Virus record (IMG/VR): IMGVR_UViG_3300032302_000065
DNA: 64,000 nt
Source: a virus
Lineage: Duplodnaviria > Caudoviricetes
Reading direction: 5' to 3' (one strand)
Position numbers and translations under genes: made by a program. This document shows positions 39,032 through 46,365 of the stretch, in pieces. Every line of letters starts with the position of its first letter. The first letter of the stretch is position 1. The notes under the pieces are model-generated. The model had not been told where the DNA came from. It saw only the letters and a list, made by a program, of their open reading frames with translations, and did not search any database.

Positions 39032-39570
39032 GGATTTCCTTTTGTGTGTGGAAGATCAAATACGAATGTTATTCTATCTGTTGTTCCATTATTAATTGCA
39101 GAGTGAAACTTTTTATTGTCAAACCAGAAAAACGTTCCTGGTTCAATTTGATGCGTTTCACCATCAACTTCGTATAGATATGTTCCCTGTATCGATACAT
39201 GATATCTATCTCTAGTCAAATAGTATTTACCATCATCAATGTGTCTACCCACTTGCCCGCCAGGTTCAAGTTTAAAGAATCCTGCTCTTGATGTACTTTT
39301 TATTCCTTGACTTTTCAAGAACTTTTTAATTTCAGAGTACTTATCGTAGAGTGGTGTGCGTTGTTGTAGATTAGAATCTTTGATGTTATCGGTTGGATTT
39401 TTAACTTTACCCATCACCAATGGAAGAAATCCATATGGATGAGTTTTGCCCCCAATATTTGCGTATGTAGAAACTGCTTGCCAATCTTTAGGATTCGCTA
39501 ACAATTGTTCTAAAATTTTTGATACGTCAATGTCCTTTTCAATGAATCTAAAATTCTCACTCATCACCAT
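39028..39570 (-). CDS. Aspartyl/asparaginyl beta-hydroxylase-like 2OG-Fe(II) oxygenase
   Basis: HIDDG, RYH, WFDN...HSA.N....RITFVFD. Confidence 0.85.
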   Translation of the reverse strand: MVMSENFRFIEKDIDVSKILEQLLANPKDWQAVSTYANIGGKTHPYGFLPLVMGKVKNPTDNIKDSNLQQRTPLYDKYSEIKKFLKSQGIKSTSRAGFFKLEPGGQVGRHIDDGKYYLTRDRYHVSIQGTYLYEVDGETHQIEPGTFFWFDNKKFHSAINNGTTDRITFVFDLPHTKGNP

Positions 39571-40216
39571 ACTCCATCAATTCCATATTGTCTATTGGCG
39601 CAAAATTATATCTGTCAAAATGATCCGCATTTGTTTTACCTACAGGCATAATGTTTGCACCAACAATAATTCTATACTGAGACTTATTTGGTTTAGTGAA
39701 ATGTGATGCCCAAGATGGAAATACTAATAATGTTCCAGGTTTAAAGTCAAATGCTTTCTCTTTAACAAGCATTGGTTCTTTATTATGATTGACTGGTGGT
39801 TGAATCACATATTTTTCGAATGCCGAATTGTTGAAAACTGTACCGCCAGCAGAATTATCTATATCAAATGCATAGAATGAACAACCCAAAAAACTATTAC
39901 AATGAACATGATTATGATGTGATGCACCAACACCTTGTCTGGTTGCCCACATACTTGTTATGCCGCACTTGTCTTTATATCCCATATCAGCCATTGCGTA
40001 CTTTGCAGACTCAACAATAAACTCTGTCAGTTTATGAATTGCTTGATGCTTATGTAGATTTGGATTTGTAATTTGCAGACCAGAATATTCTCTAGCATCA
40101 AGATACAATGAATCTTGTGCTAAGTATTTTACTATCAACTCCTGATCGTTTTTAAAGTCGGGATACTCAAACTCCCATATTGGAGTATAAAATAATTTAT
40201 GTAATTCAGCTTTCAT
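39557..40216 (-). CDS. Putative 2OG-Fe(II) oxygenase (TIGR02466-like)
   Basis: MW, HVH.NS, GTLLVFPSW..H, R.IV..N. Confidence 0.85.
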   Translation of the reverse strand: MKAELHKLFYTPIWEFEYPDFKNDQELIVKYLAQDSLYLDAREYSGLQITNPNLHKHQAIHKLTEFIVESAKYAMADMGYKDKCGITSMWATRQGVGASHHNHVHCNSFLGCSFYAFDIDNSAGGTVFNNSAFEKYVIQPPVNHNKEPMLVKEKAFDFKPGTLLVFPSWASHFTKPNKSQYRIIVGANIMPVGKTNADHFDRYNFAPIDNMELMEYGDE

Positions 40217-40521
40217 TTTTTATATGTTTGTCTGAATTTAACTTCTTTGGTTTCTTCGTTGTACTTATGGATTGATTCGAATTCATCATCATACAAACCT
40301 AATTCTTCGCTGATACGAACCATTTCATCCAATGCGGCTTCTTGACGCTTTTTTGCAAAGGCTTCATAGTCTTCTTTATTTCCCAATCGATATCCTTTAT
40401 CAGAATGAATCTCTTCGGCCGCCTTGATATTCTTTTTAAATATAGCATCAAATCGATTTGCGTATTCTTCCTGACTTACGCTAAATGGACGTGGTGCGCT
40501 TCCTTTTCCGCCATCACTCAT
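40213..40521 (-). CDS. Hypothetical protein (MSDGGKGS.PRP type)
   Basis: Recurrent phage N-terminal motif. Confidence 0.6.
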   Translation of the reverse strand: MSDGGKGSAPRPFSVSQEEYANRFDAIFKKNIKAAEEIHSDKGYRLGNKEDYEAFAKKRQEAALDEMVRISEELGLYDDEFESIHKYNEETKEVKFRQTYKK

Positions 40522-40964
40522 AAAATCACCCTATGATATTCGTAGTTAACTGTGTCTTCATTATCTCTGAAAACAACTGCACCATTACGCAAATGAAAAC
40601 GTCTAGCCAATTCAGTCTTAGGACTTAGCGTAACGTATCTTTGAATTTCGGGTTTGTTTTCTTTGATGTGTCGAACCGCATCAAAAATTAATGTGCGACC
40701 AGCACCTGGAGCATAACTCCAAATGGTATAAAAGATTGCAACAACAGGTTCAGATGATACCTGAAACAACTCTGTTTCTTTTGTTGGAATTTCTGTCTGA
40801 TAACTTACGCATGTAATTGCTTTCACTTGTTCATTTTCATCACGCAACACAAAGATATCTTTGTTGTCGCCAACTCTATCAACATGTGGAATATGAGGGC
40901 GCACCGGATCTTCATTCAGCATTCCCATTACACTATCAGTAAACGATTTTATTAGATATAACAT
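40518..40964 (-). CDS. Hypothetical, GNAT-like fold possible
   Basis: DPVRPH, FYTIWSY..GAGR, TLSPKT.LA.RFHL.NGA. Confidence 0.6.
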   Translation of the reverse strand: MLYLIKSFTDSVMGMLNEDPVRPHIPHVDRVGDNKDIFVLRDENEQVKAITCVSYQTEIPTKETELFQVSSEPVVAIFYTIWSYAPGAGRTLIFDAVRHIKENKPEIQRYVTLSPKTELARRFHLRNGAVVFRDNEDTVNYEYHRVIL

Positions 40965-40994
40965 TTTATACTTTCACTTTATTTCCTAAATTAA

Positions 40995-41069
40995 TGGTGG
41001 AGGATGGGAGGATCGAACTCCCACTTCATGCTTGCAAAGCACATGTGCTCCCATTATCACTAATCCCCC
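40995..41069 (-). tRNA. tRNA-Ala(TGC)
   Basis: Cloverleaf, G3:U70. Confidence 0.95.
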
Positions 41070-41073
41070 AAAT

Positions 41074-41150
<77 letters not shown>

Positions 41151-41159
41151 TATTTATAC

Positions 41160-41234
41160 TGGTGCCGGATGAAGGATTCGAACCATCGACCTACCGCTTA
41201 CAAGGCGGTTGCACTACCCCTGTGCTAATCCGGC
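41160..41234 (-). tRNA. tRNA-Thr(TGT)
   Basis: ACCGC-CTTGTAA-GCGGT. Confidence 0.95.
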
Positions 41235-41247
41235 AAAAACTTTAAAT

Positions 41248-41322
41248 TGGCTCCAGAGGCAGGGATCGAACCTACGACCAATTGATTAACAGTCAACTGC
41301 ACTACCGCTGTGCTACTCTGGA
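41248..41322 (-). tRNA. tRNA-Asn(GTT)
   Basis: GTTGA-CTGTTAA-TCAAT. Confidence 0.95.
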
Positions 41323-41329
41323 ATGAAAC

Positions 41330-41405
41330 TGGTTGCGGGTGAAGGATTCGAACCTCCGTCTCTCAGGTTATGAGCCTGATAGTCTGACCTCTGACGTAAC
41401 CCGCT
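41330..41405 (-). tRNA. Initiator-like tRNA-fMet(CAT)
   Basis: 1:72 mismatch, GCGGG/CCCGC acceptor, TCAGG-CTCATAA-CCTGA. Confidence 0.85.
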
Positions 41406-41410
41406 ATTTT

Positions 41411-41902
41411 TTATTTTTTTGATAAATTATCATCTTCTGGTTTATCAAAAGTCCTTACTGATAATGTTTTTATTCCAATATTTTTACGACCAAAGAATTC
41501 TTGTACATTATAAACGCCTTTGTTTATATCAACTTGAGAATCATTATCTGCAAGTACAGTTTGATCTATGATAAAACTTGGGTCAATAATTTCATCATTC
41601 ATATCACGCAATGCATGAATACATGTCATAATAGTATCATCTTCTTTTGCAGTTAGTCTGTGTCTAATATTTTTTCCGATAAAAATAAACATGGGTGCTG
41701 TGAAAATTTTTCCAACAATAACACTACCATCTTCATTCATTTTTTCAACAAGAACTTTACCTTTAGCCAAAAGCGTCCCGTGGTCATATTCATGGTAATG
41801 TCCCAATTCCACATCACCAGCTTTTTTGAAATTCATTAGTCTGCAATAAACATTGCTTACTGCTAAAATTTTTACTTCAGGTCCATCAATATCTTCTGTC
41901 AT
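41411..41902 (-). CDS. Cupin-like protein
   Basis: GHYHEYDH.TLL..G, H.L.A.ED.T...CIHA. Confidence 0.7.
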   Translation of the reverse strand: MTEDIDGPEVKILAVSNVYCRLMNFKKAGDVELGHYHEYDHGTLLAKGKVLVEKMNEDGSVIVGKIFTAPMFIFIGKNIRHRLTAKEDDTIMTCIHALRDMNDEIIDPSFIIDQTVLADNDSQVDINKGVYNVQEFFGRKNIGIKTLSVRTFDKPEDDNLSKK

Positions 41903-41943
41903 AAAATATCCTTAATAATTAAATGTACATATAATATATATGC

Positions 41944-42019
41944 TGGAGTGAGTGACAGGAATCGAACCTGCATTATACGGACTTGCAAACCGTTGCCTAG
42001 CCTTTCAGCGCACACTCAC
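41944..42019 (-). tRNA. tRNA-Cys(GCA)
   Basis: Anticodon GCA, U73. Confidence 0.9.
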
Positions 42020-42028
42020 ATAAAAACT

Positions 42029-42104
42029 TGGCGGTCTTAGGGGGTAACGATCCCCACTCTTATGGCGTGACAAGCCATCGTGCGTCCATGAACACTTTAA
42101 GACC
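42029..42104 (-). tRNA. tRNA-Asp(GTC)
   Basis: ATGGC-TTGTCAC-GCCAT; atypical T-loop. Confidence 0.9.
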
Positions 42105-42110
42105 AAAACT

Positions 42111-42203
42111 TGGTGGAGTAACTTGGAGTCGAACCAAGAATGTTTACCACAAGGGGACGGATTTACAGTCCGCCGATGCACACGCCATAGCATCAATTAC
42201 TCC
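42111..42203 (-). tRNA. tRNA-Tyr(GTA)
   Basis: GCGGA-CTGTAAA-TCCGT; long variable arm; enlarged D-arm. Confidence 0.9.
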
Positions 42204-42204
42204 A

Positions 42205-42413
42205 TGGTATTAGTTGTATCGTTTTGTTATGGACAGCAATCACCCTACTGCCGTTTGCTTTTATCGCCCAAACCTTATACAAGGACATCGGCCGATGCTA
42301 ACCTTGCTTTCGTTTGGCACAACTGTATATAACTTCAATCTAGAATCCATTACATTGCCAGTGCATTATCCAAGTGGACACAGGATTTTTCCAAAACGAT
42401 ACAACTAATACCA
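42205..42413 (-). ncRNA. Unknown structured ncRNA 1 (~209 nt)
   Basis: Perfect 22-bp terminal inverted repeat; lies inside the tRNA operon. Confidence 0.6.
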
Positions 42414-42414
42414 C

Positions 42415-42616
42415 ATTTAATTACACTGGATGATTGACAAAAATAACAGTTTTGAACCTGCCCTACCATGCCGTCCATGGATTTGTTTGTCAACCACATT
42501 ACGGACCAAGTTGTTCCAGCGTGATTCGCTCGTTCATGTAATCTAGAAGTGCCAGTCCGTCAACTGGTTCTCACTTGTTAAATTACCTACTGGCTTGGTA
42601 ACCAATGTAATTAAAT
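42415..42616 (-). ncRNA. Unknown structured ncRNA 2 (~202 nt)
   Basis: 15-bp terminal stem with G:U on the minus strand; internal stems and a T-loop-like arm. Confidence 0.6.
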
Positions 42617-42617
42617 C

Positions 42618-42693
42618 TGGTACACGGTACGGGAATCGAACCCGTCTTACATACGTGAAAGGCATGTGTCCTAAACCGATAGACGAACCGTGC
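42618..42693 (-). tRNA. tRNA-Glu(TTC)
   Basis: CATGC-CTTTCAC-GTATG. Confidence 0.95.
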
Positions 42694-42700
42694 ATATATT

Positions 42701-42712
42701 TTTTAAAGAACA
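42701..42712 (-). promoter_or_regulatory. boxA-like antitermination site
   Basis: TGTTCTTTAAAA between the promoter and tRNA-Glu. Confidence 0.65.
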
Positions 42713-42740
42713 TCTGATTGATTTCTCAATCTATGAATAG

Positions 42741-42804
42741 AGTATAACACTCTACACATTTTTTGTCAACAACAATTTTTGATAACTGTTGTTTTTTTGC
42801 AACA
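42741..42804 (-). promoter_or_regulatory. Internal tRNA-array promoter plus TGTTG-N8-CAACA palindrome
   Basis: TTGACA-17-TATACT; palindrome at 42787-42804. Confidence 0.85.
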
Positions 42805-42805
42805 C

Positions 42806-42893
42806 TGGCAGAGAGTATGAGATTCGAACTCATGCACCGCTTTCGCAATGACGGTTTAGCAAACCGCTCCTTTAACCACTCAGGCAACTCTCT
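42806..42893 (-). tRNA. tRNA-Ser(GCT)
   Basis: Long variable arm, G73. Confidence 0.95.
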
Positions 42894-42900
42894 ATAACTT

Positions 42901-42990
42901 TGGCGGAAGCGGTGAGATTCGAACTCACGGAACATTTCTGTTCGTCTGTTTTCAAGACAGGTGCAATAAACCGGACTCTGCCACACTTCC
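42901..42990 (-). tRNA. tRNA-Ser(TGA)
   Basis: Long variable arm, G73. Confidence 0.95.
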
Positions 42991-42996
42991 ATATCT

Positions 42997-43072
42997 TGGT
43001 GCAACCTAGAGGAATCGAACCTCTTTCAATGGTTCTTCAGACCACCGCTATGACCACATCAGCTAAAGTTGC
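42997..43072 (-). tRNA. tRNA-Phe(GAA)
   Basis: GTGGT-CTGAAGA-ACCAT. Confidence 0.93.
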
Positions 43073-43074
43073 AT

Positions 43075-43149
43075 TGGCGCACCCTGAGAGAATCAAACTC
43101 CCAATTCCTCGTTCGTAGCAAGGTGTGATATTCATTTCACTAAAGGCGC
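43075..43149 (-). tRNA. tRNA-Arg(ACG)
   Basis: CCTTG-CTACGAA-CGAGG. Confidence 0.9.
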
Positions 43150-43156
43150 TAACATT

Positions 43157-43233
43157 TGGTGCCCTCTCTCAGATTCGAACTGAGACTTTACGGCTTCTAA
43201 GACCGTCCTCTCTACCAATTGGAGTAAGAGGGC
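43157..43233 (-). tRNA. tRNA-Leu(TAG), short variable arm
   Basis: ACGGT-CTTAGAA-GCCGT; 77 nt. Confidence 0.9.
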
Positions 43234-43238
43234 ATTTT

Positions 43239-43312
43239 TGGTGCTCAGTACAAGAATCGAACTTGTGATAAACGCTTATCAAGCGTCCGTTATACCATTT
43301 AACTAACCGAGC
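43239..43312 (-). tRNA. tRNA-Ile(GAT)
   Basis: GACGC-TTGATAA-GCGTT. Confidence 0.93.
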
Positions 43313-43318
43313 AAAATC

Positions 43319-43393
43319 TGGTACCTTGTGACAGGATCGAACTGCCGACCTTCTCCTTGTAAGGGAGACACTCTACCGCTGAGTTAACAAGGC
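43319..43393 (-). tRNA. tRNA-Val(TAC)
   Basis: TCTCC-CTTACAA-GGAGA. Confidence 0.95.
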
Positions 43394-43402
43394 AATTTTC
43401 TT

Positions 43403-43478
43403 TGGGGTGACCTATGGGATTTGAACCCATCCTATCGGAATCACAATCCGAGGTGCTGACCGCTAACACTAAGGTCAC
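43403..43478 (-). tRNA. tRNA-His(GTG)
   Basis: TCGGA-TTGTGAT-TCCGA; C73; T at -1. Confidence 0.93.
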
Positions 43479-43492
43479 ACCAAAGAAAACTA

Positions 43493-43598
43493 CTACCATA
43501 TAGAAACACATTATACAACAGGTTTAGGTCTGCTTCTGTATCCTGTTACGGCTGAGTATGAAGTTATCTCTAGACCTATGCCGTAATGTGTTTTTATA
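43493..43598 (-). ncRNA. Unknown structured ncRNA 3 (~105 nt)
   Basis: ~20-bp terminal stem TACCATATAAAAACACATTA/TAATGTGTTTCTATATGGTA that includes the tRNA-Lys ACCA; inner TAGGTCT/AGACCTA. Confidence 0.55.
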
Positions 43599-43673
43599 TG
43601 GTAGGGGCACAGAGAATCGAACTCTGATTAATAGGTTAAAAGCCTACTACTTTAGCCGTTAAGTTATACCCCC
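43599..43673 (-). tRNA. tRNA-Lys(TTT)
   Basis: GTAGG-CTTTTAA-CCTAT. Confidence 0.93.
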
Positions 43674-43676
43674 ATT

Positions 43677-43751
43677 TGGTGGTGACAGTTGGATACGAGC
43701 CAACGACCTCCTGCGTATGAAGCAGATGCACTACCGCTGTGCTATGTCACC
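43677..43751 (-). tRNA. tRNA-Met(CAT), elongator-like
   Basis: TCTGC-TTCATAC-GCAGG. Confidence 0.88.
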
Positions 43752-43757
43752 ATTTAT

Positions 43758-43831
43758 TGGCAGAGGGTACAAGGATCGAACTTGTGCTAACAGAGTCAAA
43801 GTCTGGTGTGCTACCGCTACACTAACCCCCA
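43758..43831 (-). tRNA. tRNA-Gln(TTG)
   Basis: CAGA-CTTTGAC-TCTG; G73. Confidence 0.93.
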
Positions 43832-43850
43832 ACATAAAAAATATGGATGC

Positions 43851-43866
43851 AAATTGTTAAAGAACG
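43851..43866 (-). promoter_or_regulatory. rrn-type boxA antitermination site
   Basis: CGTTCTTTAACAATTT versus E. coli rrn leader boxA TGCTCTTTAACAATTT. Confidence 0.8.
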
Positions 43867-43892
43867 TTTGTAATATATTCGATGATATACAC

Positions 43893-43929
43893 AAAGAAAA
43901 ACCCCCTAGAGTTTTCAGTCTCTAGGGGG
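43893..43929 (-). terminator. Attenuator terminator upstream of the tRNA array
   Basis: CCCCCTAGAG-ACTGAAAA-CTCTAGGGGG followed by TTTTTCTTT. Confidence 0.92.
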
Positions 43930-43984
43930 CTTGTCTTTGTATTCTCTTTAGGACTTTTTTGGTCCTCAGGTATAACAAGCCCCC
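43925..43984 (-). promoter_or_regulatory. Antiterminator helix, mutually exclusive with the terminator
   Basis: GGGGGCTTGT (43984-43975) pairs with ACAAGCCCCC (43934-43925) and sequesters the terminator's CCCCC. Confidence 0.8.
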
Positions 43985-44082
43985 ATCACTGGTGCGTGGC
44001 AATCGGATTTCTCAAAGCGAGAAATACTCTGCCACGTAATTGGCATATAATTTCTTGTTGAGAGTTTCGAAATTAAATTCAT
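43966..44082 (-). CDS. Putative attenuator leader peptide (38 aa, all 20 amino acids)
   Basis: MNLISKLSTRNYMPITWQSISRFEKSDCHAPVMGACYT*; ATG 1 nt after the upstream TAA; last codons overlap the antiterminator strand. Confidence 0.75.
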   Translation of the reverse strand: MNLISKLSTRNYMPITWQSISRFEKSDCHAPVMGACYT

Positions 44083-44083
44083 T

Positions 44084-44368
44084 TTAGAGTACCGTTTCTT
44101 TCGTATAAATGTTAGACCATTTCTGGAGTTTTTCTTTTTTCTTTCGTGATGCGTTATCTACTTCATCAATATTAATAATACCTGTTTCAATCATCAATTG
44201 AATCATACAAAATAAATCACCAACTTCTTCTGTCAATCGTTCACGATTAGATGCGCCATTGTGTTGTGCATGTAATCCAAATCGAAAAACCTTACTGATT
44301 GCCTGTGTCACTTCTGCACATTCTTCCTGTGCAATCAATAAAATTTCTTTCTCATTCGCATTAATCAT
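44084..44368 (-). CDS. MazG-like NTP pyrophosphohydrolase
   Basis: EECAEV.QA.SK..RFG; L.EEVGDL. Confidence 0.8.
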   Translation of the reverse strand: MINANEKEILLIAQEECAEVTQAISKVFRFGLHAQHNGASNRERLTEEVGDLFCMIQLMIETGIINIDEVDNASRKKKEKLQKWSNIYTKETVL

Positions 44369-44388
44369 TATCCAAACCTTTTCTCAAT

Positions 44389-44691
44389 TCACACATTCTG
44401 AATGAATTCTTTCACCAAGAATCGTTTCACTTCCCATGCGTTAGTCATTCGCACAGTCTTTTCTTTACTATTCAATCTGTATGTAATATATAGTCTTTTT
44501 GGAGCAGAAATTACCACAGCACCAAAAATATTTTTACTGAGTCCAAATGGTATCACATAAGCATCACCGTTGTCAAGTTTCTTCTTGGCATAACCATTAG
44601 CACCTTTGATCTTATCAAGACCACCAAATCGAACTGTATCTAAAATTTCAACAGCCATCGATTGTCGTGGACCCATACCATCAATATACAT
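44389..44691 (-). CDS. Hypothetical protein
   Basis: TAAGGA RBS before MYIDG. Confidence 0.55.
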   Translation of the reverse strand: MYIDGMGPRQSMAVEILDTVRFGGLDKIKGANGYAKKKLDNGDAYVIPFGLSKNIFGAVVISAPKRLYITYRLNSKEKTVRMTNAWEVKRFLVKEFIQNV

Positions 44692-44804
44692 ATTGTTCCT
44701 TATGCTTTGGTTCTCTCTTACGCTTGTCTGCAACCACACGCATACGATACTTAGGGCTACGCAAGTCCTTCGCTACCATGTTACGTGGTTTTGTTTTCGA
44801 CAAT

Positions 44805-45041
44805 TTAAAATTCAGGCTCTCCATAACTTCCGTAATCCTCATCGGTTCCATATCCTGCTGAAGCCATAGCGGAATCAAAATCTCCGTCCATGTCATCATT
44901 ATACTCTGGATCAATAAAATTTGCAACAAATTCATCTACCATTTCAACTGGTAAATTAAGCATCATCGCAATCGTAGATTCTTCATAACCTTTTGCGTAC
45001 AACTCTTCAATTTCCATCGCCAATTCAGCCATCTTACTCAT
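44805..45041 (-). CDS. Small HTH-like acidic protein
   Basis: TIAMMLNLPVEMV; SA.ASAGYGTDEDYG. Confidence 0.6.
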   Translation of the reverse strand: MSKMAELAMEIEELYAKGYEESTIAMMLNLPVEMVDEFVANFIDPEYNDDMDGDFDSAMASAGYGTDEDYGSYGEPEF

Positions 45042-45382
45042 GCTAGTTCCTTTTGTTTATCCAAAACTTCTTGATACGTCATTGTAGGTTCTTTACTGGT
45101 GATAACACCATCAAACTCCAACTGAGATTTTTCGAACCATGAAAGATAATCATCACTTTCAATGGACCAATCGATCATAGTCTCACGGTTATACTCATTG
45201 TCCGTTTCGATACCAGTCAACGCAAATTTGACTAACTCATTATAGTCCACATTGAGCGGAATGTCAAGTATCTTATACTCGCAACCGCCTTTTGCTTTCC
45301 AATACTGAGGACACTCACCCTCACCATCCCAATCATGTGCGCCATAATTTTCGTGATATTGGGTAGAGATAACTAGCATCAT
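45038..45382 (-). CDS. Hypothetical phage protein
   Basis: TQY.ENYGAHDWDG.GECPQYWK.KGG. Confidence 0.7.
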   Translation of the reverse strand: MMLVISTQYHENYGAHDWDGEGECPQYWKAKGGCEYKILDIPLNVDYNELVKFALTGIETDNEYNRETMIDWSIESDDYLSWFEKSQLEFDGVITSKEPTMTYQEVLDKQKELA

Positions 45383-45386
45383 ATAT

Positions 45387-45656
45387 TTATTCCTTAAAAC
45401 CTAAATTGAATTCCATCAACAACATTTTGGCAATATTGATATACTGCCGTGCATCATTTAAACCACGCTCGGTACCAGACTGCATCACTTCCTGTGCATC
45501 GGAAAGATAACTTGCAATTATCATGCCGGGACCAGAAAATTTGAAACTAATTGAATCCGTAACGGACTCAAGGATTTCGGATTTCGTAGCACCATATGCT
45601 TGGATTTCCCAGAGGGTTTGTTCATTCGCTGTTCGCATTTCAATGTCCTTTATCAA
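45387..45656 (-). CDS. Hypothetical early protein
   Basis: LSDAQE...ARQYIN.AK. Confidence 0.6.
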   Translation of the reverse strand: MIKDIEMRTANEQTLWEIQAYGATKSEILESVTDSISFKFSGPGMIIASYLSDAQEVMQSGTERGLNDARQYINIAKMLLMEFNLGFKE

Positions 45657-45669
45657 CTCAACAGACTCT

Positions 45670-45731
45670 AGTTTAACAGGTTGGGTGGGTAAGTCAACAA
45701 CTATTTTTGGTAGTGTTGTTATTCTGCAACA
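45670..45731 (-). promoter_or_regulatory. Early promoter plus TGTTG-N8-CAACA palindrome
   Basis: TTGACT-16-TAAACT; palindrome at 45714-45731. Confidence 0.8.
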
Positions 45732-45737
45732 TGTCAG

Positions 45738-45941
45738 TCATAGATTCTCTCCAGTTTCATCATCAATGGCACCAGTGTAGACAGCAATTGTAACAGGCTG
45801 ACCCACAGGGATGTTATATTCGTTGACATACCGAAGTGCTTCTTCAACAGTAGGAAACTCCACCTCATCCAGCACCTTGTGGTCATTCACATGTCCGGCA
45901 TAGATAGGATAGACTTGAACATTGTGTACGATAACCATCAT
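45738..45941 (-). CDS. Hypothetical protein
   Basis: ORF track, RBS. Confidence 0.55.
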   Translation of the reverse strand: MMVIVHNVQVYPIYAGHVNDHKVLDEVEFPTVEEALRYVNEYNIPVGQPVTIAVYTGAIDDETGENL

Positions 45942-46119
45942 TAGTCCTTAAGCAAACATCTTGCGACCATCGACCATGAACCGTTCAAAGGCTTCCATCA
46001 CTCGCTCGGAGTAAATCATCTTACCTTCTTTTTGGATATCTTGCAACAACTCCAAGAAACCAATACCCAAAAATTCACGTTCTTTATTCAGAATACCAAT
46101 TGCTGTTTCGATTTTCATA

Positions 46120-46356
46120 TTAAGCGCCATAAAAGTCAGAAGTAAAACCACAAGCATTATAGACACACTCACGAACTTCGGTGTCCATCGCCTCACCAAA
46201 TTTGCTATAGTCAGATTTCGCTAACATGTTAAGACACTTATAAGTCTGTGGCCATGTCAGGTTCATTGTAATTGCAGTAACGACAATACCGTGAACGGCT
46301 AAGTTACCAACTTCGCTAAACATTCCGTAAGAGATATCGGTTGTCAATGTAGTCAT
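46120..46356 (-). CDS. Hypothetical protein
   Basis: YGMFSE.GN.AV, EAMDTEVRE.VY. Confidence 0.6.
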   Translation of the reverse strand: MTTLTTDISYGMFSEVGNLAVHGIVVTAITMNLTWPQTYKCLNMLAKSDYSKFGEAMDTEVRECVYNACGFTSDFYGA

Positions 46357-46365
46357 TTTATTTCC

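Noticed and set aside
42415-42616. ncRNA 2 as a definite Y RNA or 6S RNA
   Set aside because: Only a T-loop-like arm is visible; the Ro-binding helix or 6S central bubble cannot be confirmed by eye
42901-43233. Ser(TGA), Leu(TAG) and Leu(TAA) as suppressor tRNAs indicating genetic-code reassignment
   Set aside because: These are anticodons that read TCA, CTA and TTA; no CTA, TCA or TTA anticodon is present and genes translate cleanly in the standard code
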